Source of the DNA: an uncultured Chloroflexia bacterium
GTDB taxonomy: Bacteria > Chloroflexota > Anaerolineae > Anaerolineales > Anaerolineaceae
Length of the DNA stretch: 64,000 nucleotides
Direction: 5' to 3'
NCBI GenBank assembly: GCA_963747315.1
Contig: CAVVEQ010000011.1
Span: 53,723 to 117,722, forward strand
A model generated the notes under the pieces. It was given only the letters and a program-made list of their open reading frames with translations. It was not told the DNA's origin and searched no databases. Of the stretch, positions 29,184 through 36,847 are shown in pieces. A program made the translations under genes and the position numbers. The first letter of the stretch is position 1. Each line of letters starts with the position of its first letter.

Positions 29184-30014
29184 ATGGAGATCACCTTTCC
29201 ACTTTCTTCAGACGTCTGTCTGAAGCTTATGCCGGCTGAACAGAACCGGTCAGGCTATCCAACTTCTCGATTGCAGAAGGGACTGGTTTTAATTGTTAAC
29301 GGCGAGGATCTGGCGGAGGAAGGCGTGGGTTTTGGCACGCCGCTGCTCAAGCTTGGGCTAAAAACGATTTATCCAGGGGCTGTCTTGCTGTCTGATTGGA
29401 GAGAAGGGCTGGAAATTACGGCTGTCTACCGCATCAACCTGGAAGAGAAGCTGACGCGCCATAACCTGAGCAAGGTGCAGAGCCAGTTGCTCTACCGGGT
29501 TAAGGACAACCTGGCTGGCGCCTACCGGCGGTTTCCCCGTCTGCGGCGCGGGTTGACCGCCCTTTCCAATGGGCTGCGAGGCGGCTTCGGCTGGCAGACC
29601 GCCTATGAATACTCTGACCATGATTATGCGGTGAAAGTGCACTATGCAGTGGATCAGCATACGGGGCTCATCTCAATGGATATCGATGCCTCCGCATTGC
29701 CGCAAAGAGGTGTGACAGAAGTTGTGATCATGAATGAGCAGGGCGCCCATCACTTTGACGCCTACATGGATACCAACGGGGCGCGCCTGCACGGGGAGGC
29801 GATCGGCAGCTGGGAGGAAGTTACCGCTGAGCGCGCTTGTTTCAACAGCTCGCGCCACCGGCTGGCGTTCTGCCTGCCGCAAGTCGAGGCGGCGCGCCTG
29901 TTCCGGGGCAGGGAGCTGGTTGGGTCCCGTCTGGCCTGGGCTGGTTTTGGGTATTCATTTGCGCCGATCAGCCAACGCATCGCCTACTCCCTTCAGATTG
30001 AAAGGCTGCCATGA
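29184..30014 (+). CDS. Hypothetical soluble protein (no recognisable domain), third gene of the GT2 operon
   Basis: ATG 29184 (MEITFPLSS). 276 aa, with normal composition. Its stop overlaps the start of the downstream rSAM gene (ATGA at 30011..30014). Confidence 0.6.
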   Translation: MEITFPLSSDVCLKLMPAEQNRSGYPTSRLQKGLVLIVNGEDLAEEGVGFGTPLLKLGLKTIYPGAVLLSDWREGLEITAVYRINLEEKLTRHNLSKVQSQLLYRVKDNLAGAYRRFPRLRRGLTALSNGLRGGFGWQTAYEYSDHDYAVKVHYAVDQHTGLISMDIDASALPQRGVTEVVIMNEQGAHHFDAYMDTNGARLHGEAIGSWEEVTAERACFNSSRHRLAFCLPQVEAARLFRGRELVGSRLAWAGFGYSFAPISQRIAYSLQIERLP

Positions 30015-31387
30015 GCACCATCCTGCTGGTCTATCCCTTTTTCTTGCCCCGGCGCGACCGCTCCGTGTTTCGTTTCCCTCCCCTGGGTCTGGGGTATCTG
30101 GCTGCCAGCCTGCAGAGCGCCGGGCACCAGGTGCACCTGCTGGACTGTACTTTCAGGGACCGAGAGGCCGCCTTGGAGGAAGCCGTGGAGACGAGAGCAG
30201 ACATTGTGGGCATCTACTGCATGGTGACGATGGTCGAGGACTGCCGCTGGTTCGCTCGCAACCTGCGCCCGCATTGCCGGCTGCTGGTCGCCGGCGGCCC
30301 GTTACCCACCTGCGACCCGCTCCCCTTTCTGCAGGATTTTGACCTGGTGGTGCGAGGAGAGGCAGAGGAGACACTGGTCGAGCTGTCAGCCGCCTGGGAG
30401 GCGGCTGACTCGCAGACCTCCGCGGAATGGAGCAAAGTGCCGGGTTTGGTTTACCGGAGCCAGGCGGCAGGCGAAGGCGAGATTATCGAGTCCGCGGTGA
30501 GGCCATTAATCAGTGATCTGAATCTCCTTGACTTTCCTGCCCGGCAGATGTTCCCCAACGAAAATTACATCCGTTTTGGGAAAAAGAAATACGGCTACTC
30601 GATCACCACGGTGATGAGCACACGTGGGTGCCCGTTCCACTGCGAGTTCTGCAGCAATGTCGTCTTTGGGGGCTCGTTCCGCCAGCGCCTGGCTGGGAAT
30701 GTGGTGGATGAGATCGAACAGGCGCTGGCTCTAGGGTATGACCGGATTGCTTTTGCCGATGACGTCTTCACCCTTAATCGCCGCCGGGTTTGGGAAATTT
30801 GTGCGGAGATCAAGGGCAGGGGGCTGCGCTTCCACTGGGAATGCCTGGGACGGGTAGACAGCCTGGATTACCCGACTGCGGTGGAAATGAAGTCGGCGGG
30901 TTGTACCCGCATCTACTTTGGCATCGAATCCGGCAATGACCACATCCTGAAATTGATGAAGAAGCAGGTCACTACTGCCCAGGCGCGCCAGGCTGTTGAA
31001 GCCGCTCACCGGGCTGGTCTGGAAGTTGGTGCTTTCTTCATCCTGTTCTACCCGGGGGAAAGCGACGCGACGGTGCTGGATACGCTGCGCTTTGCGACTT
31101 CTCTTCCGCTGGATTACCTGGGACTGACCATGCCTTACCCGCTTCCGGGGACGGCGCTGTATCTGCGCACGAAATCCCGGATTTTTCGCAGCTGGCGCCC
31201 CGATGACAGCCTGTTGTGGAGCCATGTGTTGATTTACGATTCCGAGTTCTCGGAGACCAAGATGTGGTTTGGCATTATGAAAGGGCATACCCAGTTTGAG
31301 ATTAAAAAGCGCTTTGGTAAGGCTGCACCGTTCATGCTGAAGCTGTTCGAAAAGCCCACCGATGTGGTTTTGAGGCTCTTGAAATAA
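30011..31387 (+). CDS. B12-binding-domain radical SAM protein
   Basis: N-terminal B12-binding-like Rossmann region (ILLVYPFF...PPLGLGYLAASLQSAGHQVHLLD) and radical-SAM cluster motif TRGCPFHCEFCSN. Confidence 0.9.
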   Translation: MSTILLVYPFFLPRRDRSVFRFPPLGLGYLAASLQSAGHQVHLLDCTFRDREAALEEAVETRADIVGIYCMVTMVEDCRWFARNLRPHCRLLVAGGPLPTCDPLPFLQDFDLVVRGEAEETLVELSAAWEAADSQTSAEWSKVPGLVYRSQAAGEGEIIESAVRPLISDLNLLDFPARQMFPNENYIRFGKKKYGYSITTVMSTRGCPFHCEFCSNVVFGGSFRQRLAGNVVDEIEQALALGYDRIAFADDVFTLNRRRVWEICAEIKGRGLRFHWECLGRVDSLDYPTAVEMKSAGCTRIYFGIESGNDHILKLMKKQVTTAQARQAVEAAHRAGLEVGAFFILFYPGESDATVLDTLRFATSLPLDYLGLTMPYPLPGTALYLRTKSRIFRSWRPDDSLLWSHVLIYDSEFSETKMWFGIMKGHTQFEIKKRFGKAAPFMLKLFEKPTDVVLRLLK

Positions 31388-31416
31388 GCAAAGGAACCCT
31401 GATGCCGGAGAGACCG

Positions 31417-32739
31417 CTAGCGCTTCTTTTCACTGAAGGCTTGCATGGTTTGACCAATCCGGCGCATCAGCCAGTCTGGATCAAACTCGGAGGAATAGAG
31501 GAAGGTCACTTCATTTTCTTTGTCCCAATCGCCCTCAACCAGACCGCTGATGCGCTTGAACAGACTGGAACCAGGCAGCGGGTAAGGGACATTAAAAGAG
31601 ATGTCATCTAAGGGCAGGGTTAAAGCCAGCTTGAAAGTCTTATCGATGGATTGGATGGTCTCACCCGGGTAGCCAACGATAAAGAAAGCCGCGACCTCAA
31701 TTCCGGCCTGGTGAAACTGGTGCACGGCTTGGATGCCTTCCTCCACCGAGGCCTTTTTGTTCATTATGTCCAGTGTGGTCTGGTCGCCTGTCTCCAGCCC
31801 GAGGTAAACCCGGCGGCAGCCTGCAGACTTCATTGTTTGTGCAATTTCGGCGTTGATCCCGGTGACGCGCGAGAGGCAGCTCCAGCTAATCTGCTGACCA
31901 GCAATATGCTGACCAGCAATACGCTGACCAGCAATACGCTGGCAGAAGTCTCTTAAGTAAGAAAGGTTCAAGGTGAAGTTGTCGTCGGCGATCCATAGAC
32001 AATCATAGCCCAGGCGGCGGATTTGATCGATTTCTGCGAACACCAGGTCCAGGCTGCGGCGGCGGAAGAGATTGCCGAACACGGGGCGGGAGCAGAAATC
32101 GCAATTGAACGGGCAGCCAAGGGTAGTGATGATCGAGGTGGTTTTTGTTCCGGTCTTCTCCAGCCATTCCTTCTGGTAAGCGGCGTGGTTATAGTCGCTT
32201 CGATCCGGTAGGGGAAAGGTGTTGATCTCCTCTTCGCCGTAGTGAATGGTCGGATTTTTAATATGAAGCCCATCCTTGCTAATGAAGAGGCCGGCATAGC
32301 TGTCTAATGGAAGGTCTGCCAGCCTGTGTCGATCCATTTTTTGTTCAAAAAGATCCCGGCAAAAATGAGGAAAGCTCTGGTCGGCTTCACCGCAGAAGAC
32401 GGCATCGAAAACAGAGCTGTAGCGTTCGGGGTAAAGGGTGGGGAAGGGACCGCCAGCAACGAGCAAGCTACCGGGCAAGCTTCCCCGAACCATTTCGGCG
32501 ATGCGGAAGGTGTTCCGGCTGTGGCTGACCATCGAGTAGATGCCCACCACGGTGGGTTGGTAGGCGAGCAGGTCTTTTTGAAGCTGGTGAAAGGTTGAGA
32601 AGGTGCAGTCAAAGATGCGGGCTTCGATGCCAATCTGGTGTAGCTGGCTGGCGAGGAAGGCCGGCCCGAGGGGAGGAAAGAGCATTTCCGTGTAGGCACG
32701 GGTGCGAAAATAAGGGAAGACGATCGCCACTCTGGACAT
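31417..32739 (-). CDS. B12-binding-domain radical SAM protein (paralogue, convergent)
   Basis: VAIVFPYF...PPLGPAFLASQLHQIGIEARIFD plus TLGCPFNCDFCSR. It contains an in-frame 15-nt tandem repeat encoding RIAGQRIAGQHIAGQ. Confidence 0.9.
   Translation of the reverse strand: MSRVAIVFPYFRTRAYTEMLFPPLGPAFLASQLHQIGIEARIFDCTFSTFHQLQKDLLAYQPTVVGIYSMVSHSRNTFRIAEMVRGSLPGSLLVAGGPFPTLYPERYSSVFDAVFCGEADQSFPHFCRDLFEQKMDRHRLADLPLDSYAGLFISKDGLHIKNPTIHYGEEEINTFPLPDRSDYNHAAYQKEWLEKTGTKTTSIITTLGCPFNCDFCSRPVFGNLFRRRSLDLVFAEIDQIRRLGYDCLWIADDNFTLNLSYLRDFCQRIAGQRIAGQHIAGQQISWSCLSRVTGINAEIAQTMKSAGCRRVYLGLETGDQTTLDIMNKKASVEEGIQAVHQFHQAGIEVAAFFIVGYPGETIQSIDKTFKLALTLPLDDISFNVPYPLPGSSLFKRISGLVEGDWDKENEVTFLYSSEFDPDWLMRRIGQTMQAFSEKKR
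31894..31938. repeat. 15-bp tandem repeat, 3 copies, inside the rSAM gene
   Basis: ctgaccagcaatatg / ctgaccagcaatacg / ctgaccagcaatacg on the plus strand. It is in frame on the minus strand. Confidence 0.9.
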
Positions 32740-32802
32740 ATCAGTCCTGCTTTGTCGGAATTATACCTGTTTAATGTGCGCTGGGTCTCTCAATTTTAAG
32801 CC

Positions 32803-32830
32803 TTGACACCCCCGCCGTCAGGGTTATAAT
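32803..32830 (+). promoter_or_regulatory. Consensus sigma-70 promoter of the DUF234 ATPase gene
   Basis: TTGACA (32803..32808), 16 nt, TATAAT (32825..32830). The conserved 41-nt leader begins at 32837. Confidence 0.6.
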
Positions 32831-32836
32831 CCAGGC

Positions 32837-32877
32837 AATCTACATACAAACTTTCTAAGAATTATCTTATGGAGATT
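32837..32877 (+). repeat. 41-nt leader sequence, copy B (5' UTR of the DUF234 ATPase gene)
   Basis: See copy A. It begins 7 nt after the -10 element and ends 5 nt before ATG 32883. Confidence 0.85.
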
Positions 32878-32882
32878 CCCTT

Positions 32883-34343
32883 ATGGACGCCTTCGTCGAC
32901 CGCCGTGCCGAGCTGGACGAGCTGAACCGCCTGCAGCGCCAGGAGCAAGCCCACTTCTTAGCCGTGTACGGGCGGCGGAGGGTTGGCAAAACCCGCCTGC
33001 TGCTCCACTGGGCGGAGCACAGCGGCTGTCCCTACCTGTACTGGGTGGCGCGCCGCGAGACTCCGGATGCCTGCCGGCAAAGCCTGGCGCGCGCCCTATA
33101 CGCCTGGCTCTACCCAGGGCTGGAATCTCCCCAGCCGCCGCGCTTCGACAGCTGGGAGACCCTCCTGCGGGAGGTCGCCACCCGCCTGGGCGAGCGCATC
33201 GCCGGGCAGCCGGTGATCCTGATCTTCGACGAGTTCCCTTACGCTGTGGAATCTGACCCCAGCCTGCCCTCCCACCTGCAGGCTGCCTGGGACCACTTCT
33301 TCAAGAGCCAGCGCATCATCCTGGCGCTCTCCGGCTCGCATATCGGCATGATGGTTGACCTGATGGAGTACGACGCCCCCCTGCACGGGCGCTTCACCGC
33401 CCAGTTCCCGGTCGACCCGCTGCCCTTCTCCGCCCTGCGGGCCTTCTTCCCCGGCTACACCGCCGCCGAGCGGGTGTCCACCTACGCCACCCTGGGCGGC
33501 ATCCCGGCTTACCTGGAGCGCTTCGACCCCGGGCAAAGCCTGGACGAGAACATTCGCGGCCACCTGCTGCGCCGCACGGGCATGTTCCGCAGCGAGCCGG
33601 CGGTGCTGATCAGCGACCTGGTGCGCGAGACGCGCATCTACGAGGCCATCCTGCGCACGGTTGCCGGCGGGGCGCACACCCCGGCGGAGATCGCCGGCCA
33701 GACCGGCCTGCTGCCCAACAACCTGCCGCCCTATCTCAAGCGCCTGCAAGAGCTGCGCCTGATCGAGCGCCGCGTGCCCGCCACCATCCCCCTCGACCAG
33801 GTGCACAGCACCACCCGCAGCCGCTACCACCTGCGGGATGCCTACCTGCGCTTCTACTTCCGCTTCATCGAGCCGCACCAATCGATCATCGAGCTGGGCA
33901 ACGTGGAGACGCTCTGGCAGCGCATCGCCGGGCAGTTCAATGCCTTCGTCGGCGCGACCGCCTTCGAAGACCTGTGCCGGGAATGGCTCCTGCGCCGCTC
34001 GCAGGCGGGCGAGCTGCCCTTCATCCCCGAGGTCATCGGCAGCCACTGGTCCGCCGGCGAGCAGGTGGACGTGCTGGCAATCAACTGGCGCCAGCGCGAG
34101 ATCTTGCTCGGCGAGTGCAAATGGAGCCGGGAGCCGCTGCAGCCCGCCGTGCTGTCCGGACTGGCGGCGAAAACCCTCGCCGTCGCCCCCGGACAGGGCT
34201 GGAAGGTGTACTACGCCCTGTTTGCCCGCTCCGGCTTCACCCGCGCCGCCCGCCAGGCGGCAGAGGACTACGGCGCCCTGCTGGTGGACCTGGAGAGACT
34301 GGACGAGGATTTGGCGGGAGAGATTAGAGATTCAAAGATTTAA
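32883..34343 (+). CDS. AAA+ ATPase of the archaeal-ATPase/DUF234 family
   Basis: FVDRRAELDEL, Walker A GRRRVGKT and Walker B LIFDEFPY. There is a winged-helix-like middle region and a C-terminal DUF234-like region (...GSHWSAGEQVDVLAINW...LGECKW). Confidence 0.85.
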   Translation: MDAFVDRRAELDELNRLQRQEQAHFLAVYGRRRVGKTRLLLHWAEHSGCPYLYWVARRETPDACRQSLARALYAWLYPGLESPQPPRFDSWETLLREVATRLGERIAGQPVILIFDEFPYAVESDPSLPSHLQAAWDHFFKSQRIILALSGSHIGMMVDLMEYDAPLHGRFTAQFPVDPLPFSALRAFFPGYTAAERVSTYATLGGIPAYLERFDPGQSLDENIRGHLLRRTGMFRSEPAVLISDLVRETRIYEAILRTVAGGAHTPAEIAGQTGLLPNNLPPYLKRLQELRLIERRVPATIPLDQVHSTTRSRYHLRDAYLRFYFRFIEPHQSIIELGNVETLWQRIAGQFNAFVGATAFEDLCREWLLRRSQAGELPFIPEVIGSHWSAGEQVDVLAINWRQREILLGECKWSREPLQPAVLSGLAAKTLAVAPGQGWKVYYALFARSGFTRAARQAAEDYGALLVDLERLDEDLAGEIRDSKI

Positions 34344-34535
34344 CCACGAAGGACACGAAGAAGTGCGAAGGAACACAAAGAAAGCCTTATTAAAAACCTT
34401 CGTGTTCTTCGGGGTTTCTTGGTGATCTGTTCTGAAAATAGCAACTTCGTGAACCTTCGTGTCTTGGAGCCTTCGTGGTGATATTTTCATCCTTCTGGGT
34501 GAATACTATTCATGACAACTTCGTGGTTCAAAACA
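34333..34535 (+). repeat. Hairpin-repeat family: one variant A unit (34333..34432) plus one variant B unit (34428..34535)
   Basis: aaagatttaaccacgaaggacacgaagaagtgcgaaggaacacaaagaaa...ttcgtgttcttcggggtttcttggtg, then the variant B sequence. Together they fill the gap between the ATPase stop and the msrQ stop. Confidence 0.8.
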
Positions 34536-35217
34536 TCCTTGCCCACTTCGCAACCCGCCGGCGCACGGCAGGAATTCGCAGGACCAGCAAGATGAGCACC
34601 AGCAAGCCAAAGCTGAGCGGGCGGAGGATATCGCCGCTGAGATTGGTCAGAGAACCCTTCACCGCCCAGGCGTAGTGCAAGATCACCAGCCCGCTCGCCA
34701 GGTAGGCGGTCTTGTGCAGCCGCTTCCAGTTTTTGCCCAGGCGCTTCATCCAGTATTTGAATGACGTGGCAGCTAACGCCAGCAGGATCAGCCCCGCCAG
34801 CAAGCCTACAAAGATAAACGGTTTTTCTGTGGTCAAACGCAGGATCTCGCCCCAGTCCAACCCGTAATCCAGCACCACAAAGGTTAACAAGTGCAGGGCG
34901 AAGTACAAAAAGGCGTACAGGCCCAGGGTGCGGCGCTGCGGGATAAGCGCCCGCCAGCGGGTCAGGCTGACCACCGGCGTCACCGCCAGGCTCAGCACCA
35001 GCATATTGAGGGCGGCGCGCCCCAGGTGCTGCTCGACATACTGGATGGGGTTGGCGGTCAGGCTGCCGAAGGCCCACAGGTAAGCCAGCCTTGCCAATGC
35101 GAACAGGCCGATTCCGTGGACGCCGATACGCAGCCAATCCGGTTTGTCTCGCAGCGCGCTGAGCGCGCCGCGCGCACCAGGTGCCGGTTGGGGGGATGGG
35201 GCAGGGAAGGTATCCAT
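34528..35217 (-). CDS. msrQ: Protein-methionine-sulfoxide reductase heme-binding membrane subunit
   Basis: Ferric-reductase-like 6-TM protein (WLRIGVHGIGLFALARLAYLW...HLGRAALNMLVLSLAVTP...HKTAYLASGLVILHYAW), immediately downstream of msrP. Confidence 0.85.
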   Translation of the reverse strand: MDTFPAPSPQPAPGARGALSALRDKPDWLRIGVHGIGLFALARLAYLWAFGSLTANPIQYVEQHLGRAALNMLVLSLAVTPVVSLTRWRALIPQRRTLGLYAFLYFALHLLTFVVLDYGLDWGEILRLTTEKPFIFVGLLAGLILLALAATSFKYWMKRLGKNWKRLHKTAYLASGLVILHYAWAVKGSLTNLSGDILRPLSFGLLVLILLVLRIPAVRRRVAKWARMF

Positions 35218-35224
35218 GGTGCGC

Positions 35225-36160
35225 CTAATAGTCGCGGGCTAAATCCATGCCCGCATACAGCCCCGCCACCTGCTCGGCGTAGCCGTTGAACATCAGCGTA
35301 TCGCGCCGGCCCAGCTCGCCAATCCGGCGCTCGCTGCGCTGGCTCCAGCGCGGGTGATCCACCTGCGGGTTGACGTTGGCATAAAACCCGTATTCGTCCG
35401 GCGCGATCTGGCTCCACAGGGTGGCGGGCGGCTCGGCGGTCAGCTCGATCTTGACCACCGCCTTGATGGACTTGAAGCCGAATTTCCAGGGCACCACCAG
35501 GCGGATGCCGCCGCCGTTTTGCGCCGGCAACTCGCCGCCGTACAGGCCGGTCGCCAGCAGCGCCAGGTCATTCATGGCCTCGTCCAGGCGCAAGCCTTCC
35601 TGGTAGGGCCAGGGATAAAAACCCTGCCTTTGACCCGGCATTTCCTCCGGCCTGAGTACCGACTCAAAACGCACATACTTTGCATCGGATGTGGGTTCCA
35701 CTTCACTCAGCAGGCTGGCAAGCGGGAATCCCATCCAGGGAATCACCATGCTCCACGCCTCCACACAGCGCAGGCGGTAGATGCGCTCCTCAGGCGGGAA
35801 CTTCTTGACCAGCTCGTCCAGGCTGTACCTGCCGGGTATGCGCGCCAGCCCGGAGACTTCCACCTCCCAGGGCGAGGTCTGGAAATCCTTTGCCAGCCCG
35901 GCAACCCCTTCTTTATCGGTGGTGAACTCGTAATAGTTGTTATAGCCGGTGATATCTTCAAATGTGTTCGCCGGGTCGCCCAGCTCATCTGCCGGGCGGG
36001 GAGCCCCGCCTGGAGCAGGGGTCTCCACGGGTGAAGCGCCCTCACAGGCGGCAAGCAAAGCGCCTCCGGCAGCCAGCCCGGCAGCCTTCATGAACTGCCT
36101 GCGGGAAAGGTAGACCTGCTTGGGGGTAATTTCTGAGGATGGGATGGGGTTGCTTTTCAT
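35225..36160 (-). CDS. msrP: Protein-methionine-sulfoxide reductase catalytic subunit (molybdopterin, YedY-like)
   Basis: Tat signal (SRRQFMKAAGLAAGGALLAAC) and the oxidoreductase molybdopterin-binding fold (YRLRCVEAWSMVIPWMGFPL...RLVVPWKFGFKSIKAVVKIEL). Confidence 0.9.
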   Translation of the reverse strand: MKSNPIPSSEITPKQVYLSRRQFMKAAGLAAGGALLAACEGASPVETPAPGGAPRPADELGDPANTFEDITGYNNYYEFTTDKEGVAGLAKDFQTSPWEVEVSGLARIPGRYSLDELVKKFPPEERIYRLRCVEAWSMVIPWMGFPLASLLSEVEPTSDAKYVRFESVLRPEEMPGQRQGFYPWPYQEGLRLDEAMNDLALLATGLYGGELPAQNGGGIRLVVPWKFGFKSIKAVVKIELTAEPPATLWSQIAPDEYGFYANVNPQVDHPRWSQRSERRIGELGRRDTLMFNGYAEQVAGLYAGMDLARDY

Positions 36161-36175
36161 GATTGATCTCCTGAT

Positions 36176-36769
36176 TTACGGCACCGGCTCATCGAGCAGC
36201 GCCTGGATAGCCGCTTCGGTCTCCGCATAGCGCCCTTCGCCGATATGCGAGTAGCGCAGCCGTCCCTGCTTATCGATCAGGTACAGGGTGGGCCAGTAGC
36301 GGGTGTTGTAGAGACGCCAGGTCTTGCCATCGTTATCTTGCGCCACCGGGTAAGGTATGTTCAAATCGGCGACGGCTTGCTTGAGATTGTCTAAATCCTC
36401 TTCGTGCCTGAACTCGGGGTAGTGATTTCCGATGACCACCAGCCCGGAATCGGCGTACTGCTCGTGCCAGCCCCTCAACGAGGGGATCACATTGCGGCAG
36501 TTAATTCAACCGAAGGTCCACATATCAATCAGCACCACCTTGCCGCGCAGGTCCGCCAGGCGCAGCGGCTCAGGGGTGTTGATCCAGATTTCGTTGCCCA
36601 GCTCGGGCGCTTCGCCCAGGTCGGGGTAGGCTGCCGGCAGATCTTTCGCCGCCGGTATCTCTTTCGCCGCCGGCAGATCTTCCGCCGCCAGGGTGGAATT
36701 TGCAGCCTGAGAGCGGCAGCCCGCCAGGGCAAGCGCGCCGGTCACCAGCAGCCAGATTGCTAAACGCAT
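36176..36769 (-). CDS. DipZ-C-terminal/TlpA-like thioredoxin-fold redoxin lipoprotein with an in-frame TGA at the first active-site position (candidate selenocysteine, U-I-N-C)
   Basis: Track ORFs 36506..36769 and 36176..36490 are in one frame (594 nt). Lipobox LALAGC. The junction reads GKVVLIDMWTFG-TGA-INCRNVIPSL, compared with the family consensus GKVVLIDFW.YSCINC. The downstream sequence YWPTLYLIDKQGRLRYSHIGEGRY continues the same fold. Confidence 0.7.
36464..36490 (-). other. Candidate bacterial SECIS hairpin 3' of the in-frame UGA
   Basis: mRNA GUG-AU-CCCCUC-GUU-GAGGGG-CUG-GCAC: a 6-bp GC stem plus an outer GUG/CAC stem. The apical loop starts with GU about 27 nt after the UGA. Confidence 0.4.
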
Positions 36770-36847
36770 CGCTACACCTCCTGCTTGAGTTGTACCGATT
36801 ATAGAGGGTAGAGATTACAAAAGTCTTACACAGGGGAAAAGGAAGGA

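Noticed and set aside
33096-34046. 316-aa antisense ORF inside the DUF234 ATPase gene. Similar antisense ORFs lie at 47271..48476, 51208..52449, 52256..53404, 56833..57996, 59284..60147, 35354..36034 and 38007..38819.
   Set aside because: All are opposite or overlapping well-supported genes, lack motifs and have the extreme Arg/Gly/Ala/Leu bias of GC-rich non-coding frames.
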